Of a DNA stretch of 64,000 nucleotides, positions 1 to 13,050 are shown piece after piece; within the stretch, counting starts at the first letter, position 1; each line of letters opens with the position of its first letter. Location of the stretch: the NCBI GenBank assembly GCA_010093745.1, contig MU005991.1, positions 1 to 64,000 on the forward strand, read 5' to 3'. This DNA comes from Piedraia hortae CBS 480.64. Its lineage: Eukaryota. Made by a program: the position numbers and the translations under genes. The notes under the pieces are model-generated. The model was not told where the DNA came from. It was given only the letters and a program-made list of their open reading frames with translations, and ran no database searches.

Positions 1-163
1 TTATTAGTAACCGTCGCTCGGCTCTCGACTTCACGCGTCAACTAGTTTTCCGTAGAGATTTGTATGCAGGTACACATCTGCTCACAATTATAATACCTTT
101 GAATCACGTGCCGACCGAGGCATGGTCTAGGGGACGTGAGAATGTCTTCCCGTTGACCTGAAT

Positions 164-1802
164 ATGGCTTCGAATAATGCTGTTGGGACAGCTCTACGCA
201 ATCTAATCACATGGCCTGCAGGCCACGTAGGACATTTGAGTGAAGACCAACAAGTGGCGCTTGTGCGCTTTAAAGAGTTGGCGCAGCAAAAGGGCTACTA
301 TGTCCCTGCGTCGGAGACAAAACCAGCAACTCACGATGATGAAACCCTTCTCCGTTATCTGAGAGCGCGCAAATATGTACCGCAAGATGCACTTGGACAG
401 TTCCGCGATACAGAAGAATGGCGAAAGGAGAATCAGTTGGACAGCCTGTATGAGACGATTGACCTCGCCGAGTATGAAGCCTCGAGACGGCTCTATCCCC
501 AGTGGACGGGGCGAAGGGACAAGCGTGGTGTGCCGGTGTACGTCTATGCCGTTGCTCAGGTTGATTCAAAAGATGTCAACGCAGCGAGCAACAGCAAAGA
601 GGCGAAAAAGGCAAATGCAGCGAACCCGAACAAGGTTCCACGACACATGCTCGTGTTGTTCGCCTTGTACGAGAATCTCTGTCGCTTTGTTCTGCCATTG
701 TGTTCAGCTATGCCAGATAGGACGCACACCGAGTCTCCCATTAGCCAGAGCATGAATATCGTTGACCTCAGCGGGGTTGGCATATCAAAGTTCTGGGCCC
801 TAAAGAACCATCTGAGCGATGCCAGCAAGTTAGCAACAGCTCATTATCCCGAAACCCTGGACCGCATCTTTGTGGTAGGCGCTCCTAGTTTCTTTCCCAC
901 CGTGTGGGACTGGACAAAGAAGTGGTTCGACCCAATCACCGTAGTGAGTATTACCCAAAATTCCCCTTGCAACCAACGAAGCTGACAGGTAGGCCAAATT
1001 CTCTATCCTATCACAAAAGAACCTCCGTGAGCAGCTCGAAGAGCATATTCACATTGACAACATTCCAGTCAAATATGGTGGTAAGCTAGAATGGAATTTC
1101 GGCGACATGCCCTACCTCGACCCCAACATCGTTCAAAGCATGACGTGGAACGAGGATACAACCGAAAAGGGGCACCGAACCCTACCCAAGGGTCCTATCA
1201 AATGGCAGTATGACCAGGACGGAAGCATGGTCGCCACTGCCATCGGCACTGTAACGGGCCGACCCCGTGCGTCAGTCATTGCGGGGTTACGTCTCGTTCC
1301 TGGAGTTGCCCAACTTGCACTGTCACCGGGTCGTCAAGACGGAAATCAGTTTGTTTCGGCCATGTCACAAACGCAGACCCCTCACCCCACTGACTCTGGT
1401 GTTTCCTTTGCTCAGCAGCAGCGAACGGGCACAAGCTTGGAAAAGTTCCAGCAACAGAAGGGCACACATGCCGAGGGCCAACTCTCTGAGGGGACGCCTC
1501 AGGTCAAGGTAGATCCGCAGGGCACAGCACAAGCGATCACAGAACCAAGCACGGTAGGCCAAGCGCCCAAAGAGCACTCTGAACCGGGCGAGGCTCCGTC
1601 TATGATGGATCAGGCCAAGGATATGGCGAGCAAGGCGGCAAACCTACCGCAAACAGTTATGGGGGCGGTGGGTATGGGCGGGAATAAAGCTGCGAATGAG
1701 GAAAGCGAAGTGCAACCCAAGACGGATCATGTGGTAGATAAGATGAGCAATGACAATGTGGAGGAGTTTCTCAGGAGCCAAACGACGAATAACAAAATTT
1801 GA
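164..1802 (+). CDS. CRAL-TRIO / Sec14-family lipid-binding protein (2 exons, intron 944-992)
   Basis: Motifs HDDETLLRYLRARK, IVDLSGVG and HYPETLDRIFVVGAP. Removing GTGAGT(944)..CTGAC..AG(992) joins WFDPITV to AKFSILS..IPVKYGG and on into ORF 1107-1802. Confidence 0.9.
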
Positions 1803-2056
1803 GCTGTCTCTGGGAAATTGTATTGACAGTTTATCTGTGTAAGATAGAGTTCTTTGATTGACGGCTACCCTTGGATGAAGACAGCGCAAAACGAAGATGC
1901 CCTTTCGGTATTTCACCTCGAAGCACCAAGTCTCTTCAAGTCCCTCGCAAGCCGTCCAAAACACGTGCCGTGCACAACTCATTCGTTTGTGTGCAGCAGC
2001 AACCCTAACAATACACCAACCCAACAAATCCACACCCAACTATCTACTCACTAACG

Positions 2057-3878
2057 ATGGAAAAACTCAACCCCCTTACCCTCTCCCACCGCGAACTAGA
2101 ATTCACGTTGCACACCTATCCCACCACCATCCTGATCGGGGTCACCCCTCCCCAACTCCTCCTTCACCTCCTCACCCTCAACCTAGAAAACCTAGCTGTA
2201 GCGCAAGCACGTCTCCCCATCTTGCCTCAACCAAAAAATTGACAAGCTCACAGAACCCAAGTCGTCGCGAAGCGACTCTGACCCCAGCATCTCGCCTTTA
2301 AAACCATGGGAGGAATTTCCTCCCCAACCACACCCACCCACCAGGTCCCTAAGCTACACCGATCTCCTAAACCTCACGCGCAACGACGAATTACTTAGCC
2401 GGTACAAAATCCTCCTCCTCAACCTCCACGATCGAACCGCTGAAGGGGATATCCTCTTCGGCATCCTTAAACGAATCAGGACGCGGAGGTCAGATTTGAG
2501 ACTGATAATCTGCGCGCCGTCGGCGAGGGATGCGGAACATTTTTCAGATTTCTTCTCAGGGCGCAAAGGGGGTGGTGAGGAAGGACTTCGCATTGTGAGT
2601 TTGGAGACTTTTGCGCCGGTGGAAGTGAATTACCTTACCGAGCCGTGTGAGGATTACACCTCTCGGGCTTTAGAGGCGGTTAGGGCGATAAACGTGGAGG
2701 GGGATGTGATGGTTTACCTCCCGGGTTGGGAGGAAGTGCAGATGCTCACGGAGCTGCTTGCTCAGGAGTGGGAGAAGTTCCTTCCCGTTCCGATAACAGA
2801 AGGGGGGTTTAGTGAACAAGAGGCGCGGGGGAAGAGGAGGGTTTTCCTCGCTACGGGGGTTGTGGAGTTGCCGGTGGGGGTTAAGTACGTTATTGATTCT
2901 GGGTTCGAGAGGATTGGGGTATATGATCCTGTGGAGAGGGTTGAGAGGTTGGCTACGGTGCCTGTTTCCAAGGATCTCGCTGAGAGGAGGGCACGGAACG
3001 GGAAGTGTTTCCGTTTGTTCACTGCTAAAGCGTTTGAGATGCTTCGCGAGCGGGGGGTGCCTGAATTGCAGAGGTGTGAGCTCTCGAAGGTGATTCTGAG
3101 GCTTATGGGTCTTGGGGTTGAGATGCTCGCGGAGTTTGAGTTCCCGGATCCGCCGCCTATAGCTCTGCTTGAGGGTGGGCTGGAGGAGTTGTGCAGTTTG
3201 GGTGTTCTTTCCCCTGATGGGAAGCTGACGCTTCAGGGAAGGAGGATTGATGAGTTGGGGTTGGAGCCGAAGTTAGGGAAGATGGTGCTTGCTTCGGCTG
3301 AGTTGGGGTGTGTGGATGAGGTGCTGAGTATTGCTGCGGTACTGGGTTTGGGGTGCGGTGTTTGGGTTGATCGTGAGGGTGAGAGGGAGAATATGCACAA
3401 GTTTGCGGCCAAAGAGGGGGATTTGGTTATGTTGTTGAATGTTTACACGGCATTCGTGACTAGAGGGAAGCAGAACCCTCAGTGGTGTCATTTGCATGGA
3501 CTGAATTTTCAGGTTATGAAGACGGCGGTGGCTGCGAAAGCTCGGTTGAAGGCACTTTTGGACGGGTTTGGATTGAAGACGGACGCTTCGCGGCTTCCGC
3601 AGGGTCAGATGGCGGGGAAAATTGCAAAGTGTGTGACCTGTGGATACTTTGCAAATGCGGCTAAGATGCAGCCGAATGGGACCCTGAGGTCAGTGGATGA
3701 GAAAGTGATCATGAGGCTTCATCCAGGGAGTGTGTTGTATAACAGGGAAGTGGGTTGGGTCGTGTTCACGAAGATCACGGCAAGGAAAGGAGAAGTTATG
3801 ATACAGAACGTGACGGCCATTGAGAAGATGTGGCTTATCGAGTGTGCGGGGGGTTATTATGGGATAAAGAAAACGTAG
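2057..3878 (+). CDS. DEAH-box RNA helicase homolog (DHX35-like) with degenerate ATPase motifs; probable intron 2211-2253
   Basis: RecA2, HA2 and OB-fold segments are recognisable (YVIDSGF, GKCFRLFT, PELQR, EGDLVMLLNVY, LHPGSVL). The frame is open upstream to about 2223. The N-terminal ORF 2057-2242 can be joined by a 43-nt GT..TTGAC..CAG intron with a weak donor. Confidence 0.8.
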
Positions 3879-3929
3879 GGTGCTGTACAACGATTGTAAT
3901 GGTATACCGTCTCGTCAATCTAAACATGT

Positions 3930-4315
3930 TCAGTGCTTCTCAGAGTCTTCAATCAGTCCCTTTGCTTCCAGCCTCCTCCGTGCCTCTTCCAGTGCCCATG
4001 TTTGTATGCTACCTGTGTCAGCAGATTGCCATTATACGCGGGGACGGCCTACCTCGTATCTGGCTTATAGCAGTATCCGATAACTCCAACAAGAAGACTC
4101 CCGAAAAATCCGATATAAAACACACTCTCCCAGCCCTCGTTTTCGTACTTCTGGCCGGGCTTCACGTTGAATAGCCAGCCGGACGGTGGATCGTACTGGT
4201 CGCCATGAGAGTGGTCGCCGGCGCGGCGGACGGTTGTCGCAACAAAGTGTCTTTTCTGCTGGGTTCGCACAGCCGGGATCTGCGCAACAGAACGGGCGGA
4301 GCGGAGAAGGGGCAT
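3930..4315 (-). CDS. NADH:ubiquinone oxidoreductase ESSS subunit (NDUFB11-like), intron 4009-4052
   Basis: Mitochondrial-type presequence MPLLRSAR, then PPSGWLF..EGWE, one TM segment, and spliced KPDTSIQTWALEEARRRLE. Confidence 0.9.
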
Positions 4316-4657
4316 TGTTCGTCGTCGTTTCCCGGAAAGGGTGATGTTGGCGTTGGTAGTGGCGGACGGAACGGCCCGCCTGTCACACACATACGACCGC
4401 GACCTCAACCTGCTGTTCAGCAAGCTGCTGCAATCGTCTTCTGTCGTTTCCATTGCTCGTTCCTTCTACATTTTATTTTTGTAAAACAAAAGTTCTACTG
4501 ATACTCCACAGAGGGAGAAGTCAAGGTAGCAAGAACCAGTGAGAAGTGATTACTACTCACTTTTGCTCCGGTCTTCTTGTGGACCTTTATCAGTAACTTC
4601 TTTCTGGTCTTTTCTTGTCTTTATCATCTGCGCTTCTGTCGTTGATTGCTTGAATCA

Positions 4658-6011
4658 ATGGCACCGCGCTCAGTGACTTCCGGCCCCCGCGCCGGTCGTA
4701 ATGTAGGGTCGGCGAGAGACATTTTAAAGAAGAGGGACAAGCCGCTCAAGAATGCCGCCAAGAAAGGAAAAGTAAAGCATGTATGTTTGAAAAGCTTGGT
4801 TAACTGATATACTGACAAAGTATAGACAGCCGCTCCAAAAGAGGCACCGCCGGGATACACTTTCTTACCATTAGGGACCCCCGAGCTCTCCCAGCTATGC
4901 AAGGAACTCTCCCGGCGACGTGGCCATGCGGTCTACGTCGTCAATGTGGGTGAACAGAAAACGCTGAAACAGACGTGGTTTGCCTTCTCAGATGGACAAA
5001 ACTGACAATTGACAGGCCGAAAAAGCTTCCCCCCAATCAAAAATATCCGCCCACGTGCACCGAATAGGGTACTACTTTAAGTCTGAAGTCCTGGAGAGCG
5101 CATGCGAGAGACTAAAGTATATCTACTTTCGAGAACAATATCTTCCCGTAGAACACCTTGTGCAGCAGAGGAAGAAAAATGGCTGGGCGAGAATCATGTC
5201 AAAGCACGGAATGGAGAACGACATCACCTCGGAGACGCCGGAGCGTGTGGGTGCAGCTATAAGAGAGCTGTTCCCTCGTATGCCCGAAGCAGATCTGATT
5301 GACATTGTCGGCTATGCCTGGAAAGAAGGTCGTGTAGGCAAGGCTGAGTCTCTATCATTGGCCCGGAGGGTACAACTTGCAACCCTGGCTCGAATACGCC
5401 ATGAGTATACCCATTATGACAGCCTCCTGCGAGCTCATGTTCCCTGGCAGGCTGCTCGGAATGAGGTGGAAAGGGCCTGCAGAGATAAGATTATAGAATG
5501 GTGCGGGGAAGAGGTTCCCGATGAGGAGCTTGCCAAAGAACTGGTGCACGAGTCGGAGGAAGAGATGGAGCCCAGCCCGCCCCAGCTGCCAGCCGAAGAC
5601 GTGCGACCCAGCTTGGCCCCGCAGCAGAGAGTGTACAGGCCCACCCTTCCTTCAGCATACGCCGCGCAAACTACCCCCGAGCCGGGTGGCTACCGGACAC
5701 AATACTTGCCAGTCGACAGACCAGCAACTGTACCTCGCACCAGACGATATATCGTTGTCGACGGAAAGCATTACGAAGCCCAGCCCGAGCCTCAAGCGCA
5801 AAGCATGCGAGTCTACGAAAGGCCGTTACACGTCCAGCAGACATATGTGGATCCTAGACCGGTAGAGGCCAACCCGCAGGGTCTCCGCAGTCACCACCCG
5901 CCGTTACCGCCAGCTCCGAATTTGGGCCGTCCGCCGCCGCCTGCTGAGTACCGAATAGTACTTCCAGTGCATGGCGGCGTAGCCCCTATCCAATACTTTC
6001 ACCCTCGCTAA
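4658..6011 (+). CDS. DUF2293-domain protein (3 exons, introns about 4781-4825 and 4946-5015)
   Basis: Spliced PPGYTFLPLG..LCKELSR and VHRIGYYF; AIRELFPRMP..GRVG..RRVQLATLARIRHEYTHYDSLLR is typical of DUF2293. Confidence 0.75.
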
Positions 6012-6175
6012 ATTAAAATTCATGGGACTGTCTGCCAACTGAGGATTTATATTTTCTTGGATCGCAGAGCAGTTACAGGGGGATAGCAAAAAGGAAATCA
6101 AAGCAAATGTGGAGGAATAATGGAATACACAATAAATCAAAGCATTCATAGTGCGAGAACTTCATTACCAACAAA

Positions 6176-7774
6176 CTACAAAGTCACGCCATACTTTTGC
6201 CTCAGCATCAGTCTCAACCCCTCAACAGCCATAACAGCCGGCACGGGCGTCTTGCCATCCTTGGACATAGGTCCCTTCTTCGGAAACTCGATAATCGCAT
6301 TCCGCAACGCAACCAAACCAGCACCCCCAAAGATCCCCAACACGCGCGGGAGATGCTCGTCAATCATAGCCTTAAGCAGGACGTAATGCGTCGTCTGCGC
6401 CTCCCCCTTCTTGAGATTCACAATCCTCGCGACCGCCTCCCACCAGAGTGTATTCGGAGCGGGGTTCCTATTTCTACTCTTTGAAAAATCCCTTAACGTA
6501 ATCGACGCGAATCCGACACCAAGTCCAGCCATGCGCTGGTAGTGGGTTTCGGACGAGACACGAGCAGCGGCTTCCGGGTCGTTACGGTCCACAACCCACC
6601 ATCCGATCCGGTCGCGACCTTGCCGTGTGGCCTCGCGACCCCAAATGCCGAATAAAGCCGGACACACGGCGTGGAACTTTGCCCAGACGATATCGATGAC
6701 AGATTCGCCTTGCCATTGGTACTCGGGCACGCTAAAGATGTTGCATAGTAATATGCCGATGGGCTCGCCTGTGGCGGAGTCACTGCTGGCCTCGGAAAGA
6801 AGCTGAGCAATGGCGAACTTGCTGATGCAATTTAGGAGGAAGAAGAGCATCTCGGGATAATCTGTGTTGAGGCCCGTGAGGTCTTTAGCTGGGCGGTGGT
6901 GGGAGAAGACTAGGTATTTTGAAATGTCTAGTGAAGGCTGAGGAACTGCGGCGGCCTCGTTAAGGACCTTACGCATTTCACTCAGACGCTTCGTGTTTTC
7001 TTTTGGGACTGCTTTGTTCAGTTGGCCGATTGCTCGTCGGAAGGAGCGGCGCCATTCTGCTAGCTGGTCCCATTGATTGTTTTGTTTTGCGCGTTGGCAT
7101 ACTTCGCGGCGCATCATCTTCAGCTGCTTCCAGAGTTCGAGGTAGCGGTTGTGAACGCGCTCCAACTCGGCCAGGCTGCACACCAGAGGGTTTTGAGGTG
7201 CGGAGTCACTAGTTGCGACCCCCGACGGTGCTGACGGCTGAGAGTTGACTGGTTGAGGAGAATTGGACGGCGGCGCTGGTCCTGACCCTTGCTGAAGTTG
7301 CGGCCTTTGTGGCTCGAGGGAGTTCGACTGCTCGCGCTGCATCTGGCGCAAAGCTTCCATTTCGCTCTTCTCCTGCGCACGCCGACGCTCGAACTCTTCC
7401 CTCCGCTCCCTAGCCTCTTCATCCAGTCTCCTCTTCTCATCGTCCCTCTTCCGCTCTTCCTCTTTTTCGCGCGCCAATCGCTGTCTGGCCTCTTGCAGCT
7501 CTGTCAACTCCCGCACATGCTGCGCTGACGACCGCACTGCCTCGTGGTGATGCCAAGCATTTTGGATAGCATTGTTATGGACTACCCTCTGTGCTTCGGT
7601 CCGCGCATCGAGGTTTCGACGAAAAGTGCTTTCGCCATTCGTGTACAGAAGCTCGAGGTCTTTAACGATTAGCTGCGTTGTGCCATCGCTGTTGACGGGA
7701 TGCGAGGCTGACGAGGAAGAGGAAATTTTGTTTGGTGGCGCACCAGAGGAGCTGCTCCCCGACAAGACCTGCAT
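6176..7774 (-). CDS. GLE1: mRNA export factor / nucleoporin Gle1
   Basis: Coiled-coil N-terminal half, then a GLE1 domain (IVWAKFHAVCPALFG, RMAGLGVGFASITLRDFSK). First ATG at 7774; the start is uncertain. Confidence 0.85.
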   Translation of the reverse strand: MQVLSGSSSSGAPPNKISSSSSASHPVNSDGTTQLIVKDLELLYTNGESTFRRNLDARTEAQRVVHNNAIQNAWHHHEAVRSSAQHVRELTELQEARQRLAREKEEERKRDDEKRRLDEEARERREEFERRRAQEKSEMEALRQMQREQSNSLEPQRPQLQQGSGPAPPSNSPQPVNSQPSAPSGVATSDSAPQNPLVCSLAELERVHNRYLELWKQLKMMRREVCQRAKQNNQWDQLAEWRRSFRRAIGQLNKAVPKENTKRLSEMRKVLNEAAAVPQPSLDISKYLVFSHHRPAKDLTGLNTDYPEMLFFLLNCISKFAIAQLLSEASSDSATGEPIGILLCNIFSVPEYQWQGESVIDIVWAKFHAVCPALFGIWGREATRQGRDRIGWWVVDRNDPEAAARVSSETHYQRMAGLGVGFASITLRDFSKSRNRNPAPNTLWWEAVARIVNLKKGEAQTTHYVLLKAMIDEHLPRVLGIFGGAGLVALRNAIIEFPKKGPMSKDGKTPVPAVMAVEGLRLMLRQKYGVTL

Positions 7775-9549
7775 GAAATTGAATGATGCGACAAGTCCGA
7801 AGCTCTTTCCCCGATCGTTGAAACACGTCGCGATTGTGGGGGCGGGCCGTTGCAGCCACACAAACGGAAATAGAAAGCCCCACACCAAGCTTTATCATCA
7901 TGTGAAAAACCCCGCAATTTCGCGAATGTGACGTCACCGGCTCTTCTCCCCGCACAGCAAAGATTTTTCCATGAATGCCAGCAATACTGAGATGGTGGGA
8001 AAATCCCGGTAACACGATGGTGGCAAAAATTTACACGCCATCGTTGTGCCGTGTCCCGTAAGGAATTTAGAATACAAACTCGACTCAAACACTCTGAAGG
8101 GCCAAAAGCGGCGATACGTGTTCTGCTCATTTCTAGATCAGACAAGTCAGGTAGTCGAGTGGCTCACATTCTCCTACCTTTACCACGGCTACAGCTTGTG
8201 GGCTTTTCAATGGAAGCAACCTTAGCGATTGAAGAAGTTTCAAGGCACACATTTTAGGAAGAATTGATCGAGTGCAGTCGACGGTGTCCTCAAACAAGTC
8301 AATATCCTCCACAAAGTCCGCTTATAACTACAGACAACGCAAGCAATAACGACACAATGGCGGCGGAGGGGTGTCTGAAATTTTAAACGTACAAGGCGGA
8401 AGCCGCCTATGAGAGAGAACCAGGTCTATCAGCAGTACTGTGTTATCGTTGGGGAGAGGAAGTGTCGGGGCACTTTTGGAATTGCTGTGCCGCTACCGCA
8501 ACTGGTCGGCATTCCTGAATGCCGTACGAGGTAGGCTGAGGGGCGGGTACCAGGCTCGGGCAGCAACAGATTGACAATATCATGGTGTTGACTTTCGACA
8601 CGCCGACGCATTCCAATACGTTCGAAGATCAACTAAAGCAGTACGAGGCACTGCCTGTAGTCTCTCAGGGTATAGGCCCTATCACATAGTGGGCCACTCC
8701 TGGCTACATAATGTTCCTATATCTCGCGACCATCGTCCGAGACGTGCTTCTGCCGACAACAGCTTTCTCAAGGGAGTCTCGAGGACTGCGAGTCTGGGAG
8801 TGAACAGATTAGAGCAGATGAGGTTCGCATAATCAAATAGAATCACAAAGGCATGATGCAGCTAGTCCAAGAACGTGACAAGATGAGTGAAATTCGAATC
8901 GAAATGATTTGAAACCTCTGCTATGATAGAGTGCGCAGGGCTGAAGAACGTCATAGGGACATGATGCAGAAGGTTCAAGAACATAGCAAGATATACGAGG
9001 ACTGGATTAAAACTCTCTACGATGTCAAGGATCGCATGAGCGAAAGACATCACAAGGATTGGATGCAGCTACCTAACGAAAACATGAAAGTTTTGAGACG
9101 TTGATACAATTCACAAAGGAGCAGCCTGATTCTGTGGAGGAAAAACTGAGGGATTCAGATGACAAGACTGTAAAGTTGAAGGTAGGAGATGGAAACGGCA
9201 CAGCACCTAAGAGGGAGGCGCAGCAACTGAAGCAAAGTTTGCGTAGCTCAGAGGACCAGTGTCAGAAAACGATAGTAAAAGTCGAGGACTTGAAGAATGA
9301 GCGTGATAGGTTCCTAAAGTTGCCAGCGAATTTAATGGTGGCTGATTGAATACTTTTAGGAGTGGATATAGGGATTTTTCCTCCCAATGCTAGCTCCTTA
9401 ACGAAAACAACATAATCTGTTTTCAAGCTATCTTACAAATTTACCAATTGAAGATCATCTGCCATTCCCTGCAAAATTAGAATGGGCACGCAGCGGGAAA
9501 GACTTCTACCCATATCTTAAGTCCTACGGCATCAACGTCTTTGCCCCCA

Positions 9550-9942
9550 TCACTCAGACGATGGATAATACCCATCCTCTTTGAACACATCTGGTTGGGC
9601 GTCCTTTCTGAAGGCGAGATGTTCCAAGTCCTTCGGTATCCACGGATTGCCCACGTAATTTAAGTATTTCCTCCAGTTGTTCCTCGCCTTCTTCAAATGA
9701 TATCTTACCTCATCGCACTCTTCATATGATTTCCCATCGCCGTAACACGTGAAAAGGGCCCCCATCGCTCGAATTAGGGATATCCGCACGTTAGAATAGG
9801 ATTCCCCCGGAAATAGTTCCCGGGAATGGCGAAGAAATTTCGTCCATTCGCGAAAAGTGTCGGTTACAGAGGCGCGGCGGAAAAGGTGAGGAGACGGTTC
9901 GCTCGCGACGGGAACAGCGGTTACTGTCGGGGCTATTTGCAA
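9550..9942 (-). CDS. Orphan hypothetical ORF, possibly the last exon of a small spliced gene
   Basis: 130-codon open frame with a CTAAC..TAG acceptor-like signal near 9935-9950. No recognisable family. Confidence 0.25.
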   Translation of the reverse strand: MQIAPTVTAVPVASEPSPHLFRRASVTDTFREWTKFLRHSRELFPGESYSNVRISLIRAMGALFTCYGDGKSYEECDEVRYHLKKARNNWRKYLNYVGNPWIPKDLEHLAFRKDAQPDVFKEDGYYPSSE

Positions 9943-11449
9943 GTGTTAGAAGATTAGCCATAAATGAGGACGGGTGAAGGGGGTGGGGTTTGCATACTCA
10001 GGAGGAGGAACGACAAGATGACTTGGAGGAAGGCAAGCAACCTCATATTTTTGCTGCATATGCTCGTGTTGTGAACGCTGCAGTCGTGAATGTGATGTGT
10101 GATAACGAGCGAGGAGGCAAGATTTTACATACCTCCGGCAGTAGCCGGGGGTTGAATTTTGCTCGCGACAGCTAACATTGACACAGTGCTCATAGACCGG
10201 CAAGGGAACCAGGTAGCACTTGGAATTGATTCGTTATTGAATGGGATGTGATAGGAAATCAAGAATAGGAGAAGAACTTTGCGCTTTGTCGTGGGAGGTG
10301 GCGTGACCAGTTTTACGGTATTATTGAAACGAGGAACTGGGCGGAAGCATGCAGAAGGTTCATGTCCGAATTTTGAGTATCGGATCGGAAGATTTACTTC
10401 AAGGAGGAAATTCGTGGTAAGTTATCCTTCCTCAATGACGAATGGGGAACCACGAATGGCTTACAAGCGAGTTTGTACTCCTTTCTTCCTTCCGTAAACA
10501 AACGCTTTTCCCAACAAGACAGCTCCGCTCTGCTCTCTGGCTCTACAGAAGTTTTACAATTTTGGTACCCCTTGATCCTCATAGTTCCAATAATAATTTA
10601 CCTTCTTACCAAGTGACTGGATGGGAGGTTCGGGATTCTTTGCTACCAAATCCCAGATTCTAGTAGATTCTGGGAAGTGGGAATTTATCAACCTTTAATG
10701 GTGCAGCCGTACATGGGAAAGCGCCCAAGACTAGAATAGACGATTGAGTGGGGCTTAGGGCTGCCTTGTGCCTTGATTGGCTACGAATCGCCCCGCTAGC
10801 TGCCTTGTTTGAGACAAACGAGTATGGAGATACATATATGATAGACGGCTAAGTTATCGTAGGAAAATACCATCGAAGACAACACTCCCAATAGGTTGGC
10901 TAAATAGACTGACAGCTCCGTCACCCTGTTGATTCTGTAGCACGGCGAGGCTATGCACATCAGTCTTGCGTGACAAAGCAACGTACAACTGTTCGTGGGA
11001 AAAGCATGGTCGCTTTGAATCGAGACTGACAGCCTTCTAGGACTACTCCTGGGACCTGTTGAGGGAAATGAAGAAGCAAGGACGAATTTGGAACTGCTTC
11101 CGGGTCAGGATCCAGGTAGAGTCACTCTCGTTTGTGAACATTTCGTATCGATGGAGCAGCTCGTCGGAACCGCGAAAATCGCCACTAGTACCTTGCACCT
11201 GAATGCAAGTTGAGTGTATTCGAGTGATGATCTAGCGAGTGCTATCATAGAGGCCAGCTTTCGGATGAAGATTCCGGAGCAGCATGACAAGCATACTCAG
11301 CTTGAGCTGAAGAGTCGAGAGGGGAATGGAAAACGATGATCGCAAGATATTTGGCGGTCAGATCGTGTATGGCATCGTCCTCATTTCAATCAGCAGGATC
11401 CACGGAGTAAAAGGTTGGGACCTGGCCAGGCATCATCTCGAAGACAGTC

Positions 11450-12680
11450 AGAGTGGTCTCCGTTACAGCTTCGTTGTGAGCTGCCCAAAGGCCGATGGGG
11501 AAAAAGAGCCATCTGCCGCAGCCGGTGTGATTAGACGCAGGGTATGGAACCTCGATGAGGGGTCAAGAATACGGAGGCGCACGATCGCTGGTAGGCAAGC
11601 TGAGCCGTACATGGCGCGATCATATGTCATCTGCCCCATCAAGCTAGCCCATTGTCTCAACCATATCCCCCAGAGAAAAGTCACATCTCTCTGTCAGACG
11701 TGGCCTGGTCAGTACAGGCCAGACCGCACCTTAATACTTCAAGAAACTGCTGTGTTCGTCACACAGTTATAGTCATGTATACCTCACTTTGAACAATGAA
11801 ACAAGAGTGGCCCGATGGAATGATGACCCTGATGCATAATTTACCTGCTGATATCGTCCAGCACATCCTGTACTCATGCTGAAGCGTGATGGCTCAATAC
11901 GTCTTCCGCGTGTCAGCCAATTTCCAGCCTCACGTCATGATTAACATCCGCAGTAGACTTGTGGTATATCTGTGAACAAACCCATATGGTTAGCTGCCTT
12001 GAGTTTGTCTCGTTTAGAAAGGCTGTGAAAGCAAGCAATGGTGCCCTTTACAACTTGTTGTCCGCGGGGTATACGGCGTACATTGCAACATAATGTGTCC
12101 ATCATCGGACCAGCCATCGAAAACGATGCAGCTGCTCTGCGGAAGCGCCTCCGCGATCGTCTTCATTGCTTCTTCTCGCACAGTACTAAGGTGTTTGGTG
12201 AGGTTTGGCGTGTGATCGGGCTAAGGCTGTGACGGTATGCTACCTTGCGCCTTTGCTCTCGACAAAGCTGATGGGCAGACATTCATCAAAAACCCAACGC
12301 ATCCACTCGTACTGGATGTTGCTACGTGGTGTAGGCCTGTTGTTGAACTCCAGCTTGTGGCTCATTGCAATATACCGCTCAACAACCGACTCCCATTCCC
12401 GATGCGCCCTGGTTATGTGTTCCATGAGATTGCTGTGGCCAGTTTCACACCTCTTCCTGGCCATTGTTGGACACAGCGTACACCGACGAATGGATTCAGA
12501 GGAACTCATTTCGTCTGCCCGGAAGTAGTAAGCGCAAGCTCGAACATTCTTCGCTGGAAAGATAATAGGTATCCAGTATGTCCCCCAAGTAGTATCAACA
12601 GCCACAATGTTAAATTTATGCTGTATTGGAGCTTTGTCCCAGATGATCAAAGCGGTCTGCCCGTGAGATGGGACTGACAT
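11450..12680 (-). mobile_element. Decayed hAT-superfamily transposase (BED-like zinc finger plus DDE fragment)
   Basis: CTLC..GHSNLMEHITRAH (BED finger), WMRWVFDECLPISFVE, frameshifted CIVFDGWS (about 12101-12130) and THYVAMYAVY. A weak dimerisation-like LITPAAADGSFS lies near 11500. Stops and frameshifts throughout. Confidence 0.7.
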
Positions 12681-12824
12681 GAAATGTTGTAAATTGACCG
12701 GTTGTCGCAGATGACTTGGTTCGCAAGCGTGAATCTGCGCTAGTCCGACCAGGCAGAAGAAGAGCAGCCATGCCTGAGGATGCGATACACAGAAAGATTT
12801 TACTATGCGACCTGAAGCACCTGC

Positions 12825-13050
12825 TCAGAGCAGAGCAGGAGAAGTTTTTCCAGTGCCACCGGGACCCTTAGGGATTAAGTAGGTCGAGTGGGGTGTTAGC
12901 TCGATTGCCTGAACAAATGTATCGTAAACAGTGCGCTGACCGGTATTCAGCGACGGAAGCTGCTCCATCAACTGTCGAGACAGCTCGTTCCGGTCCATAG
13001 CCTCGTTCATGAGCACTTTGCGCTCCAGAGCAAAACGGTGGCTGTCAGCG
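12825..13050 (-). mobile_element. Helitron PIF1-like helicase fragment
   Basis: LNTGQRTVYDTFVQAIE..GPGGTGKT matches the start and Walker A of Helitron PIF1 helicases; truncated just after the P-loop. Confidence 0.75.

Noticed and set aside
7928..7937. GTGACGTCAC (ATF/CREB-like palindrome), also near 32044
   Set aside because: A short motif expected by chance; function is not supportable from sequence alone.
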